A DNA stretch of 56,772 nucleotides, counting the filler, from Porpidia crustulata (Eukaryota), in assembly GCA_964255105.1 (NCBI GenBank). It is 5 parts of 5 records of this genome, joined end to end, with 100 filler letters (N's around TTAATTAATTAA, not from the genome) between each part and the next. Parts side by side here need not be neighbours in the genome. Positions count along the whole stretch, not along the records: positions 34,142 to 45,409 come from CAXUWE010000678.1; positions 45,510 to 56,772 come from CAXUWE010000679.1; 3 more parts are not named here. One strand, 5' to 3'. The position numbers were made by a program, and so were the translations under genes. The notes beneath the pieces were generated by a model. That model saw only the letters and a program-made list of their open reading frames with translations, was not told the origin of the DNA and ran no database searches. Of this stretch, positions 38,967 through 49,611 are shown piece by piece; within the stretch, counting starts at the first letter, position 1, and every line of letters starts with the position of its first letter.

Positions 38967-41900
38967 ATGACCTCTCGACAGCGTTCATCCTCTGCTCGAT
39001 CCAATAATTCTGAACACAATCAGAGACAAGCCTCCACCCCCTCGCCTTCCCCCTACCTGCAGCAAACTGGGTCCGCTCTGCTCGAAGACCTGATACTCAG
39101 TGACGTACCTACTTACAGTGTCAGCAGCGCATCTCCGTCTTTGTCAATTCCTTCGCAAGGATCTGGCTCTCCATATCCGGCCATCACGGGCTCTGGAGCT
39201 GTATACAACCAGGCACTTGCATCACCAAGGCCACGAGCTAGCACAGTTGCAGAACAAATTGGTGTCCAGCCAAGCACCTACCGTCCCACACTCAGAGCGG
39301 GTGGAGGGCAATTGCTTGCGTATCAACAAGTGCCGAGACATACATCCACTACCATGATGGAACGACAACCTTACATCCCTGGGCCACCTCCGGCACCCCA
39401 GCAGCAGAATCATGTGGTTTCATTACCACCGCCTCCTCCACGGCCGCCGGCAATGAATGCCCATGGTATGGTTATACCTCCTCCGCCGGGACCGCCACCT
39501 GGATCCTCTCTTGGACCGTCTAGCGCATGGGGAGGACAAGCTTGGGGCAGATCGCAAGGTCATTTACCGATACCGCCACCGCCTCCTCTGGCGCCCAGTT
39601 CGCAGCATACACCGTACAATCCCAGCCAAAATTACCAAAGCGGTCAGCCAACCCCGTTGGCAATCCCTCCACCACCACCCCAGACTGAGCCTCCACCTTT
39701 AACCTCTGCCACCTATATACCATTTGGTGAATCGTTCGGCCCTGGTGTGGGAATCCCTCCTCTCCATTCACAACAACAAGCAAGCTTCAATCGAAACGAT
39801 AGCTCCGAATTCTTCTCTAGTGTGGATGCAGCGAAACTTGCGGCGGACCAAAGATTCTTCAACGGACCTTCATCCGCTATGTCGCCAACCAAAGAGCTAG
39901 GATCCAATAGCTACCAGTACAACCAATCAGTACCCCAGACTCCTCTTACCCGTCATCACCAATTTATACTTCCTACCAGGGATGCCCAAGACCACACGTC
40001 GTCTGGACCTCCGGTGCAGACGCTGCAGAATGCTCCCGGTCAGCCACAAAATACTCCGCAAGATGTGACGACGATTAGTGGCCATCATCATACTGGCAGT
40101 AATAATTCGTCTGCTCTAGTGTCACCAAGTGATCCAATAGTACAATGGCCAATCGAGCGTGTCCTAATTTGGCTTGCTGCTAATAGCTTTTCGAATGACT
40201 GGCAAGAGGCTTTCAAACATCTGAACATCCAAGGTGCGGACTTCCTCGAACTTGGCCGCGGAACCGGCGGCAGAGGTAACTTTGGAATGATGCATCAGAA
40301 AATCTATCCAAGGCTAGCAAGAGAGTGCACTAAAAGCGGAACAGGGTGGGATCAGGCAAGGGAAAGAGATGAAGGCAAAAGGATGAGACGGTTGATCCGT
40401 AAGATTGCTGATCAGATTGATGGTCCGAAGTCTACGCAAACACGAAGAGGATCCACGCAAATAGCACCAAGTGCATCGACTGACACAGGAATGGAAAATT
40501 CTCCAAATCTAGGATACAGAGATGGATTCGTCAACACACCAAGCACTGCCGGTGGGGGCGACGAGAGTCCAGGTCGACAAAGCTTTAGATCCCCAGGACC
40601 TGGCCCTGCCCGCCGAATGATGTCAAATCATCGCAGCAGCACAGCTCCTGTGTATATCAATGGTAATGGGGCTGTGACCGAGCCGGCCGTCGCAGAAGCG
40701 GGTCAGCCAGCGCAACCGCGAACAGGCTTTACCAGAAGCATTCTTAATGGGATCAACGACGCCGCGTCAAAACGTCATAGCCCCAATACATCTGGAGATA
40801 CTAGCGCGGGTGGTTTTGCGGGATCATCTTTCCTTGGCGACGCTGTACGTCCTGCCTATGACGCAAGTCCTAAAAGCGGGAGCCCTTCAGCTCAGCATGC
40901 TATCTTGTCGACCTCTGCTGGTAGCGGTGGAACTTTATCGGCCCCGCCATATGGTCGGTATGGTCATCGTAAGAATGGTAGCACTGATTCAGTAGCATCT
41001 AGCAACGCTGTAAGCTCCACCAGCAATCTATTACGAAGCAATTTGATTAGCGAGAGCAATACCAGCAGTAAATCTCAAACAAGGAGATTTGGCCAAGACG
41101 GTCATCGGCCTCCAACTTTGGAAGTTGCAGGAAGACAGAACAGTAATGACGCTCCTGCAAGCGCCAAGGAACCTAGTAGAGGTTTCTTGGACAGATTTCG
41201 TAAACGCAGGAAGGACGATTCAGCACATCCATCATCCGAGGACCACAATCTAGAGTCGCCTACTAGTCCTCTGAACTTTAGACATGTTCCACCCACCCTA
41301 CCGTTTGCGCGCGCTGGGGCGAACTCGAGTAGCACTTCTCTTGATCGACCATCATCGACCTCAACCATGGCCGAACAAGACAGATTCGCTGTACGTGATA
41401 GGGCAATGACAAAACCAAATCATGGAAGGAAATACATTCTCGCGACTCCTGACCATTGGAACTACCGACTCGTCGATATCACAGAGGCCGACTCAGCAGA
41501 GGCCCTGCGAGATTGCATTGGAAAGGCTTTGGGTGTTCCAGAGGGTGACTTCGTTCAAGTATCCCTTACTGAGACGGGGCAGTTCGATTCGGAGGAGCCC
41601 CTGAGTGATGCGATGCTCATGCTCTCAAGACATACAAAAGCAGACGCAACAGGTTCTCTCAAATTCTTCGCTCGCTGGATCCCGGCATCGGCAAGTCATT
41701 CAGCACCTTCTTCCGCAGGTCTGGGAATTGGTCTCTCTCCCAGAGGATTTCAAACATCTCCATCAGGTGGCTCATTTTCCCGAAAAACGCTGGACGAGGA
41801 AGGTATGACCCGTCGAAGAATCAACGGTCAGGTGCGGTCAAGGTCTCCACCCATGAACTCGAGGCAACCAACGCTGAAAGCCAGCAACAATCCTACGCGG

Positions 41901-44867
41901 GACGCTCCTGGGCCATCCGCAGATAATTCGGACAAAGGTACCAAAACAGACCTACAGCCTCGTCCCAGACAAGATTCTGTGACAAGAAGATTTCTTGAGT
42001 TCAAATCTGCCTACGACAATGGCACGTTGACCGAGGATAATTGGGATGCATGGCTTAAATCAGCTGTAGACGACCATCGCCTGGAGGCCGAAAAGAAACA
42101 GAAAGCGGAATACGTAGAAAAGCGAACCGGACGAAAAGAGTCGCCTCCGGATATAAGTATCATGAGTATCAAACGTGATGGTGTTATTGACTTCGATGTT
42201 CCAAGAACTTCCCCATACGAAGATAAGAAAATAGAGACATTGGTTCCTCTCAGAAAACCCCCTCCAGCTCCAGCAGAGTCTAATACACTGATAAAGGCAA
42301 ATTCGCTAAGCAAAAGGACCAGCGAGAAATTCAGGTCATCTATTCCTGGACAAGGCGCAGATGGGCCGAAGCGTCGATCTTTGGGTGATGCTATTGCAGA
42401 AGAAAATATAGAGCGAGGGAGACGGAAAGCTGTAGCTGCCACGCCATCGGTCAGTGCGGGAATGGGCGCGGCATTGGCAAATACTGTATCCAAACCCGAA
42501 TCAATTGGCAACTCTACAATCGGGCCGCTTGACGACAAATCGACGGTTGGATCTCTCGGCGGTTCTGCCGTTGGGTCTTTTGGTGATTCGCTCGATCGTT
42601 CTTCGGACTCAGCCAATATGTCATCGCGGGATGGCGGCAATTTAGATCTGTCAGGTAAGCCAACTCGTGCCTTGCAATCCGTTGATTTTGGAGGAAATGG
42701 ATCCCGAAGGAACAGCCCGGGTGGTTCTCCCCGCAGTCCTGGTTTCACCTACGGGAAAAACAATATGTTGTTCAAAGTACCTGACTATGAGGAAGACCCG
42801 CCCAAAGAGGACAATGACAAAAAACCAAACCTATCAACGCCAATGCCAAAGAATCCTTCCATAGAGAGCCTTCAGCGTGGCCCATCGCCATCTATAAGTC
42901 CTAGTTCAGCGGCACCGCCGTCACGGAAAGCTTCTGTAATGTCTCGGAGATCTTATGGTCCAGCCTTTACGTTCAAGGAAAATGAGATCAAGTTCGATCA
43001 GAAACCGCGCCTCGAAGAAGAATCTGATGATGACTCCGATGATGGTCTCTTCGCCGTGCCACTTGCTAAGAGCAATGCGGCTAAATCGACGGCGGTACGA
43101 AACGATTCGGGTGATGAGGCTGGCGTTCACCGGAGACCAGCACTTACTCTGAATACGGAATCTCAGGCGCAGCGTAGGATGAAGGGTAGATCTGTGACCT
43201 TCAAAACGCCGGAAACCGCCAGCACTTCCGGTACGCAGTCAATCGAGACGTCAGAGATTGACAGCGAAGGCCTTCCCGTTCAACTCAGGAATGATACATC
43301 CATACCGGAGTCTGCCTCGTCTGTCACAGGTTCTGCAAGATCGCCTGACGCAAATTCGAAATTACTGCGGCGCCAATCTTTCGCTAGGGACGATGTTTGG
43401 GCGAATCGGCCGCCAGTTGAAGACCTTTTGGATAATTTAGATGCCTACTTTCCGAACCTAGATCTGGATCAGCCAGTGGTCGAAGATCTTGTGGGCTCAC
43501 CCCCCGGATCTCCTGGCTCTACCACTGAGCAGAACCCAATGGACAATGCCATATCTGGTCCCGAGACTCAAGCACGGCGACTCCATACGTCGTTATATGA
43601 TCGAGTGCGACCGATGTCTATAGCGGAGGAATCAATAGCTGAGGAACCTGACACGCTGGGCTCTGAGGACTCCACTTTGAAGAGTCGAGCGACGATGCAG
43701 ACTATCGCTCAACGGAGCATGCGCAAATCCGGAGGTCTCGGAAGGATGAAGTCCATTCGTGATGTTGCTCGGAACGCTTACGGAGGTACCCAAAAAAGAA
43801 ATACTCAACCATTGACAAGTGTCAAGTCTGGTGATATCGTACGTCGGAAGAGCACCAAAATGTTTGGGGCCAACATTGTCCAAATAAAGCCGGGAAGAGG
43901 TAGTCGCGTCAGCCTAATCGAAGCAGTACCCCAAAATCTGCCCGTTGGCCAAAATTCTTTCCAGATCGCTAGAGGTGAGCTGATCGGAAAGGGGAGCTAT
44001 GGCAGGGTCTACTTGGGTGTCAATCTCACGACGGGAGATCTTCTTGCTGTCAAACAGGTCGAGGTCAACCAGAAAATAGCTGGGCAAGATAAGGATAAGA
44101 TGAAGGAGATGGTCGCTGCTCTTGACCAAGAAATCGACACGATGCAACACCTCGAACATCCCAACATTGTGCAGTATCTCGGATGTGAGAAGAAGGAGTA
44201 CTCCATCTCCATTTTCCTGGAGTACATTCCTGGTGGAAGTATAGGTGGGTGTCTCCGCAAGCACGGTAAATTCGAAGAAAGCCTCGTTAGCTCCCTGACC
44301 CGCCAGACCCTTTCCGGCCTGGCCTATCTCCACACGGAAGGCGTCCTCCACCGCGACCTGAAAGCCGACAACATCCTCCTCGACACCGACGGCACCTGCA
44401 AAATCTCCGACTTCGGCATCTCCAAGAAGACGGACAACATCTACGGCAACGACGTCACGAACAGCATGCAAGGTTCCGTCTTCTGGATGGCCCCCGAAGT
44501 CGTCCGCTCCCAGGGGCAGGGCTACAGCGCCAAAGTCGACATCTGGTCGCTCGGCTGCGTCGTCCTCGAAATGTTCGAGGGCCGCCGGCCCTGGTCAAAG
44601 GAAGAAGCCATCGGCGCCATCTATAAACTGGGAAGCCTCAACCTAGCCCCGCCGATACCCGAAGCGGTATCGAACGCGATCAGCCCCGAGGCGTACGGGT
44701 TCATGCTGGATTGCTTCACCATCGATCCGACCGAGAGGCCGACGGCGGAGACGCTGTTGAAGAAGCATGCATTTTGCAAACCGGATTCGAATTACAATTT
44801 TTTGGATACGGATTTGCATGGGAAGATCAGGGAGATTAAGGATTCGAAGCAGGTGTCGAGGTACTAG
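38967..44867 (+). CDS. BCK1: Cell-wall-integrity MAP kinase kinase kinase (Bck1/MkkA/Mck1)
   Basis: 1966-aa ORF; SAM-like WPIERVLIWL...WQEAFKHLNI; DDVWANRPPVEDL; RRKSTKMFG; C-terminal STE11-family kinase GELIGKGSYGRV, AVKQV, HRDLKADN, DFG, MQGSVFWMAPE. Confidence 0.95.
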   Translation: MTSRQRSSSARSNNSEHNQRQASTPSPSPYLQQTGSALLEDLILSDVPTYSVSSASPSLSIPSQGSGSPYPAITGSGAVYNQALASPRPRASTVAEQIGVQPSTYRPTLRAGGGQLLAYQQVPRHTSTTMMERQPYIPGPPPAPQQQNHVVSLPPPPPRPPAMNAHGMVIPPPPGPPPGSSLGPSSAWGGQAWGRSQGHLPIPPPPPLAPSSQHTPYNPSQNYQSGQPTPLAIPPPPPQTEPPPLTSATYIPFGESFGPGVGIPPLHSQQQASFNRNDSSEFFSSVDAAKLAADQRFFNGPSSAMSPTKELGSNSYQYNQSVPQTPLTRHHQFILPTRDAQDHTSSGPPVQTLQNAPGQPQNTPQDVTTISGHHHTGSNNSSALVSPSDPIVQWPIERVLIWLAANSFSNDWQEAFKHLNIQGADFLELGRGTGGRGNFGMMHQKIYPRLARECTKSGTGWDQARERDEGKRMRRLIRKIADQIDGPKSTQTRRGSTQIAPSASTDTGMENSPNLGYRDGFVNTPSTAGGGDESPGRQSFRSPGPGPARRMMSNHRSSTAPVYINGNGAVTEPAVAEAGQPAQPRTGFTRSILNGINDAASKRHSPNTSGDTSAGGFAGSSFLGDAVRPAYDASPKSGSPSAQHAILSTSAGSGGTLSAPPYGRYGHRKNGSTDSVASSNAVSSTSNLLRSNLISESNTSSKSQTRRFGQDGHRPPTLEVAGRQNSNDAPASAKEPSRGFLDRFRKRRKDDSAHPSSEDHNLESPTSPLNFRHVPPTLPFARAGANSSSTSLDRPSSTSTMAEQDRFAVRDRAMTKPNHGRKYILATPDHWNYRLVDITEADSAEALRDCIGKALGVPEGDFVQVSLTETGQFDSEEPLSDAMLMLSRHTKADATGSLKFFARWIPASASHSAPSSAGLGIGLSPRGFQTSPSGGSFSRKTLDEEGMTRRRINGQVRSRSPPMNSRQPTLKASNNPTRDAPGPSADNSDKGTKTDLQPRPRQDSVTRRFLEFKSAYDNGTLTEDNWDAWLKSAVDDHRLEAEKKQKAEYVEKRTGRKESPPDISIMSIKRDGVIDFDVPRTSPYEDKKIETLVPLRKPPPAPAESNTLIKANSLSKRTSEKFRSSIPGQGADGPKRRSLGDAIAEENIERGRRKAVAATPSVSAGMGAALANTVSKPESIGNSTIGPLDDKSTVGSLGGSAVGSFGDSLDRSSDSANMSSRDGGNLDLSGKPTRALQSVDFGGNGSRRNSPGGSPRSPGFTYGKNNMLFKVPDYEEDPPKEDNDKKPNLSTPMPKNPSIESLQRGPSPSISPSSAAPPSRKASVMSRRSYGPAFTFKENEIKFDQKPRLEEESDDDSDDGLFAVPLAKSNAAKSTAVRNDSGDEAGVHRRPALTLNTESQAQRRMKGRSVTFKTPETASTSGTQSIETSEIDSEGLPVQLRNDTSIPESASSVTGSARSPDANSKLLRRQSFARDDVWANRPPVEDLLDNLDAYFPNLDLDQPVVEDLVGSPPGSPGSTTEQNPMDNAISGPETQARRLHTSLYDRVRPMSIAEESIAEEPDTLGSEDSTLKSRATMQTIAQRSMRKSGGLGRMKSIRDVARNAYGGTQKRNTQPLTSVKSGDIVRRKSTKMFGANIVQIKPGRGSRVSLIEAVPQNLPVGQNSFQIARGELIGKGSYGRVYLGVNLTTGDLLAVKQVEVNQKIAGQDKDKMKEMVAALDQEIDTMQHLEHPNIVQYLGCEKKEYSISIFLEYIPGGSIGGCLRKHGKFEESLVSSLTRQTLSGLAYLHTEGVLHRDLKADNILLDTDGTCKISDFGISKKTDNIYGNDVTNSMQGSVFWMAPEVVRSQGQGYSAKVDIWSLGCVVLEMFEGRRPWSKEEAIGAIYKLGSLNLAPPIPEAVSNAISPEAYGFMLDCFTIDPTERPTAETLLKKHAFCKPDSNYNFLDTDLHGKIREIKDSKQVSRY

Positions 44868-45409
44868 GGTAGACAACGGAGTGATTTTTCCAACGTTTCT
44901 TGATTGCCATTTTCACGATTCAGATGGTTTGGGTATGATGAGCGATGCAAAGCCGCGGTTATGATTCCTTTTTCACAGTATTCACCCGGATACCTTCGAT
45001 GATTTACGACCTTTCGAGCAACTAGTGATCTTTTCAGCGTCGTTTTTCCAAGCAACCTCAGCGAGAGAGATGTAATTTTCTTTATGATACCAGCTCTTGA
45101 AGCATCCACCCACCCAGTAGTAGTAGTTATGAGTCGTATGTACATAGATAGTAGAGACACAAACACACATTTCTCCGTCATTTAGATCAATTCTTTGTTT
45201 GTGAGATCCAAACCAATGTCGTGGACTTTACTCAAGCTATAGTTTTCAAAGCGATAAAACCCGCCTTGATATCAACCAATTTATATCCAGACGTTAAAAA
45301 GCAGTATTAGTACTGCTGGTATCAATGATCCGCCATGAATACCTATCTAGCGTAGCCTGCGTAAGTATCTAAGTAACCCATCTTTTCATCATCTAACTCA
45401 TCTTATTCC

Positions 45410-45509
45410 NNNNNNNNNNNNNNNNNNNNNNNNNNNNNNNNNNNNNNNNNNNNTTAATTAATTAANNNNNNNNNNNNNNNNNNNNNNNNNNNNNNNNNNN
45501 NNNNNNNNN
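45410..45509. other. Artificial contig spacer
   Basis: N44-TTAATTAATTAA-N44. Confidence 0.97.
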
Positions 45510-46521
45510 GCGGGGGGTTTACGATGTTTTTTGGAGAGTTTGGCTTGTTCTTTCAAACGTACGTCGCGGATTTTTCGCTTGAGCTTTTCTTTGTTGGCTT
45601 GGCTATGGGTTCCTATTTAGTGTCTCCTTGAAGAAGAGTTGAGAGGGATCGATGTGGAGAGGCATACCTCTTTGCGACTTTGGCCGCTTCGGCGAGAGCG
45701 GCGCGGGCTTGGGTTAGGCCGGTAGTAGCACTTATGGTTTCGGGTGCATCGTCTGAGTCGGAGGCTGAAGCTTCGACATCTGCGTTGATGAGGCTCTTTG
45801 ACGTGGTGAATACTGGAGGGTGGTCGATGGTAGTGGAAGATGGAGCCTGGATTGAGGGGTCTGTGTCAGAGCTACCGAATCTCTTGTGGATGGCCTTTGC
45901 AGGCTTGGCTGAAGACGTTACAGTCGTGACGACCTCAGCTTGGCGTTCAATCCGAGGTTTCGTTTGTTTCATGGTTATCTTGCCCGCCCTCGACGGTCTA
46001 TCCAATAGATTGTTTGAAGTATCAATACCGGTAGCGGTGGTAGAAGTATTGCTCGACGGAAAGGACACATCTTTACTCAAGCTCCTGCTTGGTCTGGACA
46101 CAACCGACTCCGGAACCGCATCTCCCTGGCTCCCATTGGCACTAGGAGTCAGAGGTATGATTTTGGGCGACAGAGTTGAGGCATTGCCATGAGTACTTTC
46201 TGTCACCGAGGTACTGTCTTCTATTATAGGTACTTTCCCCCCTCGTTTAGTACCTTGTTTGCTCGGCGTTACGTCCAAGCTGTATTCTGCCTTCCTCTTC
46301 TTTGTCGTAGCTGTTGGCGTTTCATTGGCAGAGAGCTCTTGCACGTGATCGCTGGGTGTTGCATGATCTTTGCTTCTTGTTGAGACCATTTCGTCTTCAA
46401 TAGCCCTAGCAAGCTCGGCTCGTAGTTGCTGTTCGTCTGCCAAATACGGAGGGAGATGTGCGTGACTTTCCGATTGAGTGAGAATGGATATGGTGGTGGG
46501 ATTGACAATATGCGAAAACAT
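45510..46521 (-). CDS. U3 snoRNA-associated protein (Utp16/Bud21-like); intron 45603-45667; 3'-truncated
   Basis: MVSTRS, KKRKAE, HKRFGS and SDSDDAPETIS, then after splicing a basic helix KEKLKRKIRDVRLKEQAK. Start codon uncertain. Confidence 0.6.
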
Positions 46522-46708
46522 TTTTAAAGGCTGCATTGCTACTGGAGGTCTGACGTCTGAAAATTTGTGGGGTTCCCGAGCTCGGCGGGCAGTTTTACCC
46601 GACAAGGCTGGACACGTCGGACTTGAGACGAAATTTGTCGTTCTCATTACATAGGGCTGTACAACAACCTCAAAAGATATCTAGATGCTTTGATACCCAG
46701 CCCATAAG

Positions 46709-48117
46709 ATGATGCGTCATCAATCCCTTCCAAAATTCTTCAGGACATACACATGGCTGTCTGGCCTACCGAACGTTTCTCAAGAAGTCTCCTTTTCTAC
46801 AACTTGCATTCTACGAAAAAAATCTCGTGGCCCCGTTATCGCAGCGAGGCAATGGAGACAGCAACAACCGCGAATCATTCCTCCTGGCATTTCGCCGTCA
46901 AATCCTCGTTCTGAAGGCCAGGAATGGCCATTAGCCATTCTAGCCGCTGCTGAACAATCGGGAGCCCTCTCAATTAGTCCCCAGAAGGCGGTGAAGATAC
47001 TGGAGGACTTGCAAGCTCAAGGTTCTAAGCCAGTTGATAGTTTCTGTACAGGTATAGCTCGTCTCATGAAGGGTTAAGCAATCCATATCTCTAAATAGAT
47101 ATAGACCATCAAATAGAATCAAGAACGCTATCCCTACTGGCGAAGATCCTCCTTCGTACGCTGAATGGAGACTATAGTTTGGCAGCACAGAGACTCTTAT
47201 CTGTGGCATCTAGACTCAAAGATCCTATGGCAACGTTTATGCTGATAAAAGAAGCCATTGATTCACATAGACTAACAACCCCCAATCTTGCCGGCCCTAT
47301 AAAACATCTACAGTCGTTGGTAGACGAGGGAGATCTAACAGCCATATACCTCACAGGTCAGATGTATGAATCGGAAGCCAAGATTTCTCATGCACTTAAG
47401 ATCTATGAAATGGCAATTAGTAGCTCTGCTGGTGGGTTAAATAGTGGAATTGTTCTTGATAACAGCCTTGGGGACATATGGAAAGCTATTGGTAGACTCA
47501 AGGCCAAAGCGGGTGACCATGTCGGTGCACAAGTAGCGACTGAAAAGTGCGCGTTAGAATTTGATGATCCTCGGGCCTATTACGACTTGGCGAAGCTATA
47601 TACTTTGTCGTCATCAGAGAATTACGAGGCATACATGCTCAAGGCCGCAGTGTCTGGCGAGCCTGAGGCAGCGCATGAGCTCGGGGTGCTTTATCATCAA
47701 CAGTCTCGAATGGCTAGCTTGATTCCTTCCGACAAATCCCCTTCTGAACGTTCAAATTACCTGGAGAAGCCAAATGAGGAGAGTACGCTCCAAGATCAAA
47801 GTACAATCTCACTATTTCCACAGTCGGAGAAGGGTGCTCAGGCCAGAGATTGGCTGGCCGTTGCTGCGGAATGCGATATTTCGATCAGCCAGCTTTACCT
47901 TGCAATACTACTTCGTGCTATGGGTAAACATGAGCAGTCGACAGAATGGCTTCAGAAAGCGTCAAAGTCCAAGCAGTGGGCAAACGCAACATCCTGGATA
48001 CGAAATAGGTGGGACCGAGAGGAATCGGTTGATATCGACACTACCTGGAAAGGAGAACTCGGCATTCGAGGGATTGCTCTCGTGGCTCACGATGAAACAA
48101 TGGTAATCACTACATGA
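46709..48117 (+). CDS. Sel1-like repeat protein, probably mitochondrial (possibly Mss2-like); intron 47052-47098 or 47104
   Basis: Basic/hydroxylated presequence-like N-terminus; Sel1-type helices AIYLTGQMY, KAAVSGEPEAAHELGVLY, ARDWLAVAA and EWLQKA; the intron links the two ORFs in frame. Confidence 0.65.
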
Positions 48118-49611
48118 ATGCCTGATCAAATTAACAGAGCATTCGTCGACAATCTTTGACATGCAGAGAAGATTAGATGCATCAAGACTCATACTTAAGA
48201 ACGGGGTCTATTCCACCTTGGCTTATCGAATCCTCAAAAAAGTTGCTTGAAGGATGACTGAAATATACCAAGTAATGCGACAGATAATCTTGAAACGGAG
48301 GCTCCCCTTCCCAGCTAATCGGCAAATCTAACCTTCAAGCATTGCACTCTCTTATTTGCACCGCAAGGAGGAGACCCTGATAAGCGCTCATGATCCTCAT
48401 ACTCCTTTGGGGCCGCCTTATCCGTGTTTGGTATAGTCGTCCCTTGGGAGCCATCAATTATACCACTTCTGTTCTCTACGTAAACACGGGAAGCCTGCAT
48501 AAATCAAAGAAAGATGATAAGGGCAAGAATTAGAACAAAGGAAGCTTACTTACTTGCTTTCAGCCGGGGTTTCCTTCCCACAAATCACCATGCAACTTTC
48601 TGACATTAATAGCTATGCTTAAGATTTTCCAAGAGGTATGTTGGATTCAATCGCCCTCTGGACATACCCGGCAATTTTGAGAAATACCGTACTCGAAGAA
48701 ACTAAATTTGACGGGTTCCAAGGTGTGCCGATACAATTATCACCACGTCCATCAGTGCATTTATTCGCCAACGATCTATTAGCACCCACCTCACCATAGA
48801 CAGATCTTCATGATGTATTTCTTGCTGGCCGTGAATATATATCGGTAAGGCGCCTTAAATCCGGATTTCGAACTTTGACCCAAGCTCGACGCTGAATTCA
48901 GATTCGCCGAATTATCCATCCTCATACCAGGATAATCCCACCCTGATGACCTAGTACAACCAGGGCAACCCACGTATCTTTTGACAGCACTTGAAGGCCA
49001 AGAAATCCCGTCTACGTCCATTAAGTGGTGCGAGTGGACCCAAGGGGACACCGATGGTAGCGCTTGACATTGAAAACGAAGGAGGCACAGAGTAGTCTGA
49101 GAGACTTTTCAAAGACCTTGCTGCATGAACAAGAAATCTAAGAAAATACCAATCCTCCATGAACCGCTAAAGAGAAATCTCATCACGACGGCGCCAATTT
49201 TTCCAGACGTGATCGAGTCTTGCAGAGCATCACAATGATCATTGATTTCAAGGTGAATGGCGAGGAGGAGAATGATGAGGAGTTTAGAGAGTATTAAAAA
49301 TTGGCGTTCGACTCAAAATTCATCAATTCAGGCCTCGACGTCCACTGTATTTCTAAAAGACGCTCTCTGTCTGTCTTTAAATGCCTATAAACGAGATCTT
49401 TCGTCGGCAATCATACCCAAGGTACTCTCTAGACCTTAGTCTTTTCTTCCGACTCCTTCGAAACGCCTAAAAACCCTCCCATGAACGCCCCTTCCTGACC
49501 AGAAACGCTACGTACGGGGATAAAGGGGCAACTCCGAAAGCGAATGTGGCTATAAAACAAGTACCTCGTTCTATGGACTAAACATCAAGAAGTGTATAAA
49601 TTCGGCCTTGG

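Noticed and set aside
42011..44471. Long antisense ORFs within BCK1 (245 aa, 185 aa) and similar ones in other genes
   Set aside because: Shadow frames of codon-biased coding sequence with no independent motifs.
21407..46521. Apparent RNA-processing cluster (NCS6, THO2, TAN1, CCCH protein, U3-associated protein)
   Set aside because: The genes lie on four different contigs joined by size order; only THO2 and the CCCH gene share a contig.
46558..46566. RRPE-like TGAAAATTT upstream of the U3-associated gene
   Set aside because: Imperfect, short AT-rich match with no accompanying PAC motif; not distinguishable from chance.
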